DNA of 64,000 nt from Podarcis liolepis (Eukaryota). This document shows, piece after piece, positions 57,698 through 64,000 of the stretch. Made by a program: the position numbers and the translations under genes. Location: assembly GCA_965112155.1 (NCBI GenBank), contig OZ218106.1; one strand, given 5' to 3'. Each line of letters starts with the position of its first letter. Positions within the stretch are counted from its first letter, which is position 1. The notes beneath the pieces were generated by a model that worked only from the letters and a program-made list of their open reading frames with translations, was not told the DNA's origin and ran no database searches.

Positions 57698-59338
57698 TCT
57701 TCAAGAGCAGGACACTGGTCTCAGAATATTAGTGCCTTTCCCAAAAGAATTAAGAATTAGTATCCTTCTGATGTCCTTAAAGATTCCAATTATTTTAGCT
57801 CTGTAATTAAAGTGTAGACAATGTTTGCTTACCTTCTATGTATTATGTCTCATGTAACTAGGAACATTTTCCTATGAGTATTGTAAAAAAAATAAAAAAA
57901 TGCAACCATTGTAAGATTAAATCAAGAATGCAGATATAAAATGGCTACTTATCTATTTTTGTAAGTAATTAAAATATAACTATATCTGATACTGTTAAAA
58001 AAAATCCCATTTACTTTTAACAGCATTAGCGAAAGTACATTCTTCATAGTTCGTTCCCCCCCCCCCCAAGCATCCTAATTGATTGGGTAATTTAAAAGTA
58101 GGCAGAATAGTAGTAATCAAGAAGTAATCATGCATTTCCATGTTAATATAGATGCTCTGTTTTCCAGCTTTCATTTGCTCTGTGCCTATTCATTTTCTCT
58201 CTTTTGCCACTCAGAGTTACAATGATCTAGCTAGAATGGTGCTACAGAAGATGCAAAAACCTTTCCAATACATTCCCCGTGAGGGAGGGTGTGAGCCAGC
58301 AGTCAGCTCTCCTGGGACATCAGTGCTGGATGGCTGTGCAATTTTAGCTTTGGATGCCGATCTATTTTTAATTGCTTTGGTGCCTTTAAAACTGTTTTGC
58401 ATCTGCTATTTTAATATCTTTATTGCAGCACGCTAAGGGGTTTGGCGGTAGCAAGCAGGAAGCCTCTGGCAGCGATTGGCTTGCGCTGCTTAACAATCAC
58501 AGAGGAGATGGGATCAGCCTGCCATTTGTTGCTTCCGTAATTCTAGAGATGTAACTCTAGAGTAATCTAGAGATGGGCTGCGCAGGTGAAGATCCTAAGA
58601 AGTAGTGGCCTAAGGTGACCATGTGTCCTCCTTAATCGAGAACAGCCTGTGTTCAAAGGACTGTTAGTGGTCTAGTTGAAGCAATCCACTATTAAAGAGC
58701 TCTCTGGACCACACAAGGATGGTGCCTAAACATTACTGCAGAAGGGGATAAGAACTTGCCATGCAGATGCCATTTTAAGATGCCATAGCAAATTGGATTT
58801 CATAAACAGATACACTTTTCAAGTTGCTACTATTTTGGTATGGGGATTCTTGCAAAGAATCGCCAATCTTGATTCTGTAGCATCAGCATGAAAGAAAACT
58901 ACAGAGAAAAGATTTCTGGCTTTCATTCTCTCTTTGAAGTGATATGCGCACCGAGTTTAATTGGAGTCAGTAACTTTCGGTGACTGATAGCAATGGAAGT
59001 TGCTGAGAGAACACATATTATAAAGCCAGATCCACAACCCTGGCTATTGTTTAGGAATATATATGTGTTTCACTGTTGCAAACAAATCTATCCATGATAT
59101 CGGATCTGCTGCCATGATATATATCTTAGCCTAAAAGCTGATTCTGAACAGTCCAGTGATGAAGGAGGACTTTGCAAACCAGCATGGGCTAAGTTCAGAT
59201 GTTAATACCGTGGCTGGTGTCACGGGTCATTCTTTTCCATGAGGTGGATCAAAGTGGATTTGGGGGCAAACCCATCAAAATGCAGCATTTTATAAGAAAT
59301 AACAGGATAGATACAAGATAGCTAATGTCATATCTATA

Positions 59339-59694
59339 AAGGTAAAGGTAAAGGGACCCCTGACCGTTAGGTCCAGTCGTGGCCGACTCTGGGGTTGTGG
59401 CGCTCATCTCGCTTTATTGGCCAAGGGAGCCGGCGTACAGCTTCCGGGTCATGTGGCCAGCATGACTAAGCTGCTTCTGGCAAACCAGAGCAGCACACAG
59501 AAACGCTGTTTACCTTCCTGCTGGAGCGGTATCTATTTATCTACTTGCACTTTGACGTGCTTTCGAACTGCTAGGTTGGCAGGAGCAGGGACCGAGCAAC
59601 GGGAGCTCACCCCGTCGCGGGGATTCGAACTGCCGACCTTCTGATCGACAAGTCCTAGGCTCTGTGGTTTATACGACAGTGCCACCTGCATCCC
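59339..59694 (-). mobile_element. Full-length Sauria SINE (short form)
   Basis: (AAAGGT)n tail and a 15-bp TSD AATGTCATATCTATA (59324-59338, 59695-59709). Confidence 0.95.
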
Positions 59695-60919
59695 AATGTC
59701 ATATCTATACTGCTTCCCAAACCAGTGGTGAGAGTGCAGTGAATACAGAGTAAATGTCCAGACATAGTCCATGTTTATGTTATTGGAAATGAACTTGTTC
59801 CTCTCTCCTCCTCTTGCATGGCCATGAGGAGACTGGAAACATTAGCTTCCTGGTTTAAATTGGCTATCATTCTGAACTAGCAACTGCAGTTAGTTTAAGC
59901 TGTGGTTTATTGACACAAACCAGGATCTTGGTGGTTTCTTTCAATAAACCATAGCTTAAACTTACTGCAGTACGGTCAGGTTCAGATGGAATGAACAGTG
60001 GCTCGTTAGCAAATGCTTCTTGCTGTCAACATGGAAGGTTGTTGGAACTTACTTCCACCTTTGGTGGAAGTGTGATAAGGTTAAGCAGTTCTTGTCCATT
60101 GTATTTCGGGAAATAAATACGATTACAGGTCAGTCTTCATACAGCACTGGCCCAACAGCTTGCACTACGAGGTTATTTGAAGGAACAGAAGAAAAACTTA
60201 ATAATAAAGAATCGACCGTCCATTTACTTACAGTAGTTAAACTATGATAGCCCGGTTTTGCAGATACCCTGCTAATGCTTATTTTTACATACTAGTGTTC
60301 TATATTTTGGGAAATGGCACTTCTAGAAAAAGCCAACGTATAAGCTAAGGGTCTCAATGGGTCAAATTAAAAGAGAGATCTTTTTCCATTTGGTACAATT
60401 TGATTATGTTTGTCAACAATGAGGAGCATGGTCAATTGCCCCTGAGGCCTTTCCAAAGGTTTTGGTTGATATAACAACTCCTATTTTCTATGTCTCTCTC
60501 CCTTGAATATGTGAGGGTTAGTCATATATTTTATTGTTTACATGGTGAGATTCATATAAATAAATTTGATTATTATATGCCCCCACCTTTTTCCTATAAG
60601 TACGTTCATATTGTTTCTACATCTCTGGACTGATCTTTTTTTGCATTCGGATGTTTATTTATTGCTTTCTAGCCCCTCTGTTGTAAGAGGTTTTGTCTGA
60701 TATACTGTATTGCACTGTGTAATACCAATACAATCTTTTTCATTTCTTTTTCATTTCTCTTGTTTAAACAGAACTCTTTTTAAAAAGAAAGGAAGTTCCA
60801 TATTCAAATCTCACCTCAACCAGGAAATCGGTACTCCAAAGCAACTCGTGTCTCCTCCCCCCCCCATACCTCTAAAATATCAGGATGCTGCTCCACAGAA
60901 AGTTGAAAAAGGGTGTTCA

Positions 60920-61210
60920 ACATGGCTGCCTCTTGTTTTATGGAACAGCATCCCTGTTGAGATATGACAGGTGCTCATTATTTGCACTTTCTGGAAACAA
61001 TTGAATACATTCCTGTTTTGACAGGCTCTTCCAGCATGATGAAAAGGTCTCTACTATAGAAGTTTATTTTTGCACTGTTGTTCTTTTTTGTACTGTTTTA
61101 AAAACTAATTTTAGTTACTTTGAGGTATGTTTGTAAATTGCCCAGAGATTCATTTAAAAGATGATTCGGAAAATATTATCAATCAATCAATTAATTAATT
61201 AATTAATTAA
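60920..61210 (+). mobile_element. Old L2 3' end
   Basis: Reads LWNSIPVEI...FWKQLNTFLF*QA, then a UTR and a short (AATC/AATT)n tail. Confidence 0.55.
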
Positions 61211-61323
61211 ACTTAATAGTTCCTTTTTTCACAAAAGCAACTCAAAGCAACTAAACAGCAATAAATAAGCAACATACATTAAAACCAACCAAGAAAAATC
61301 TAAAACTAAAACATTATTATTAC

Positions 61324-61866
61324 CATGGCACACCACTCCAATCTCAGAGTGATGTGAAACTCCAGGGAAGTTTCAGAAGTTTACTTCAGATTCATGTTTC
61401 CTTTTGGGAATAAGACACAATGGAGACTGAGGTATCATTATGATATATGGTTTGTTTACACATATATACAACCTGAACCCATGATGGAGGGGTTCACAGG
61501 AACAACACCCTAAAAGGGTCTTGTTCCTCCCATAGCCACAGCCTTTGATTCAAACAGAAATCAAATGTTGCTCTCAGGTGTTCCCCTGACTCTCTCTCCA
61601 GCTTGCTGCTTTGCTTCTAAGTCACATCACTGCTTCTTCTCCAAGTCTAAACTCTGATTTTTGTCTGTCTCGCTATATGTGAGTTGAGGGAGGAGCCCCA
61701 GCCATTTGCAGTCTCCGACAGAGCCCTTCCTTTGTGCTCCTTACATCTCATCAGGAGGCTAGCCTGACTGTTCCAAAAATTAGAAGCCTTGATTAGATTT
61801 TAACACTTACTGGATCCAGGGATTAGAGGGGTCTGGCACCCAGGTTAACACCCCAAACTCACAACA
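61324..61866 (-). mobile_element. Possible solo LTR on the minus strand
   Basis: The minus strand starts TGTTGTGAG and has an LTR-like layout; TTAC flanks both sides, but the other terminus is not a clean CA. Confidence 0.35.
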
Positions 61867-62659
61867 TTACTGCTGCTGCTACTATATAACGGTGATCTAT
61901 GCAGAGGACAAGGTAGCACTCCCCTGGGATAGGTAGGACATATTATATAAATGCTACTAATTATATTTGGCCATTTAAACATAAAATGTGTGTGCCCTCT
62001 GGCATGCTGGGAGCCGTGTCAGGCCTCTCACCAAGTGATTTCTGTTGCATGGCAACATGTTCTTAGGTCCCCTGGGCACACAGTAAAATAACAGTGCCCC
62101 TTAACTCCCAACAGAAGGAAAAGAGGATATTCTTCTGACTCTATGCTCTTCTACATAGCACCATTCTTAAGCTTGCCTGTCTTCTTTACATGTTTTCATG
62201 AATAAATACATGGCACTGACTGAAACACAGAGAAGGGAGCTACTATTTCTGTTAAAGTTCCGCTACCCTAGAAAAATATGAACTGCTTTTGTATGTGTTA
62301 CCGAGAGCTCAGTCTACACATTATGTGGACGTGTGAAATCTCTGCAATTTGCACAACAGTTCAAAATGAGTCTCATCATTACCGGGGCACAGCATAGTGC
62401 CTTGAGGTTCGCATGGATGCATCTCCAGGCATGTGCATTGGAGACAAGATGCCTGCACTCCTCGGACACTCCTCAACCAGTAATTTGGATTAGAGATGCA
62501 CTGGGGAGGAGTGTGAATTCTAATAGCTCATATAAACAAAGCAAGTTCATGTCAATGATTTACCAGAGCCAGGTACCCACTTCACCGTCACCCCACATCA
62601 AGGCTGTCCTTCAAAAATAAGTTCACTTGGAGTCTCACTATGGGCTTCCTTCTACAACT

Positions 62660-62827
62660 AGAGTCAGACCATTGGTCCATCTACCCCAGTATGGTCTACA
62701 CTGACTGGCAGTGGCTCTCTAGGCTTCAGACGGGGCTCTCTTCCAGCCCAACCTAGAGATTCAGGGGACTGAATATGGTATCTTCTGCATGCAAAGCAGA
62801 TGCTCAACCGATGAGATAGGCCCTTCC
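62660..62827 (-). mobile_element. Squam2-like tRNA SINE
   Basis: GAGTCAGACCATTGGTCCATCTA...CTTCTGCATGCAAAGCAGATGCTC. Confidence 0.75.
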
Positions 62828-63039
62828 TGTGTATAACACGAAAAATGAGAAAGTGAGACTCTTCCGTCACAGAAGCACAATGGAATTTAATCACAATGTT
62901 TTCTTTCCTTGGGAGCTATAGGTGTTACATTCTTAGATGCAAAAACACCAAGAGGTGTTAATGTAATTCTAACAAGAGGCATCATGAGGAGCAAGGGACT
63001 CTGTTTGAGAGTTGCTGGCCAGTGGGGCAGCCATGTTTT

Positions 63040-63350
63040 CTTTGGAAAAAGCACAAGAATACCCTTTGGAACAATCATGTTGTGCCATTTCTAGAAAAAT
63101 TAACCAACGAACTTAAACTAGCATGGGGACAAGCAACGAAGGACATCTTCACCCCAGTGTGTTTCCCCTTATCACATACACAGCACAACAGGACAATGAC
63201 CTATCCCCACAACAACATATGAATCATTATGGCTAACCTGACACAACAACCCCCCACAAAACATACTGCAACCAACCAAGCACAACCAACCAAACCTGGA
63301 CCCTCCAATCTCTCACAATGCCAATAAAAACAAGTAACTATATAAATAAA
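63040..63350 (+). mobile_element. Degraded L1/Tx1-like 3' end
   Basis: LEKLTNELKLAWGQATKDIFTPV resembles squamate L1-clade ORF2 C-termini; followed by a C/A-rich UTR and AATAAA signals. Confidence 0.45.
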
Positions 63351-64000
63351 GTTTTGACTGTTATTTCCATCAAGCTGTTAATATGATTAGTCAAGGAGGC
63401 ATGAGATCAAGACCCTGCATAGATGCGGATGGTGTTATTCTCTGGTTGCAATTATTTCACTATTAGAGTGTTAACAGGCTCACCAGGGCTATCTCCATCC
63501 TTGTATTTTATTTACTGTAGCTCAATTTCGTGCAAAAATGAAATCATCTTCTTGTTTGTATAATTGAGATTCCATAAGCATTTTGGAAACTCAATTGGCT
63601 CACTAAACAACACCTCACTTCATGTCATAAGCAGTCATTGTTTGCCAGTTTTAACTGTCAGCTAACAAATAATCTTTTAGAACACGTAGAAAAATAATTA
63701 AGTGGCAAGAAATCAGCCATCCATATCAGAACAACTGAACGCTATATCAATAACAGGACATTTACTTGAAACTTCAGCTCAATAGGAGTTGAATCCACAG
63801 TCCTTCAGTGCCAGACACCTCATTGATTCAAGTACCAAAAAAATCTTTAATTACCAAGTAACAAGAACTTTCAGGTGTTCAATTACTTACCAGATGGAGC
63901 CCATATAGTATCTGAGAAGCATATGGAAATTACCAGAGAAAAATGAGTACTGTTTTTATTAAAATGATAGAAGAGTGGCTCAGTGTAGATCATACCAAAT

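Overview
This is non-coding, repeat-dense vertebrate genomic DNA, very likely from a squamate and probably a lacertid lizard, judged from Sauria/POM-type SINEs, a BovB 3' end, Squam3-like SINEs and young L2, L1, CR1, RTE and Penelope fragments. I cannot recognise any host protein-coding exon, rRNA, genuine tRNA gene or CRISPR array. The window looks like a large intron or gene desert, with several TE-free blocks that could be conserved enhancers. Most long ORFs in the track are retrotransposon remnants or microsatellite artefacts. The main observation is two TG...CA solo-LTR-like elements with 5-bp target-site duplications (6254-6690 and 13304-14060) and otherwise dissimilar DNA. Each carries a reading frame open from LTR base +2 (V-R...) that encodes a low-complexity tail ending in a shared SEES...RR[RK]R-x5-LLxW motif, a candidate LTR(U3)-encoded protein module. 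Also notable are a Penelope-type fold-back insertion with minimal hammerhead ribozyme cores on both strands (32498-32721), a MITE carrying NRF1, ETS and CRE motifs (36973-37208), and a four-layer TE nest with a chimeric junction (41492-42642). All family names come from recognition by eye, not database searches.
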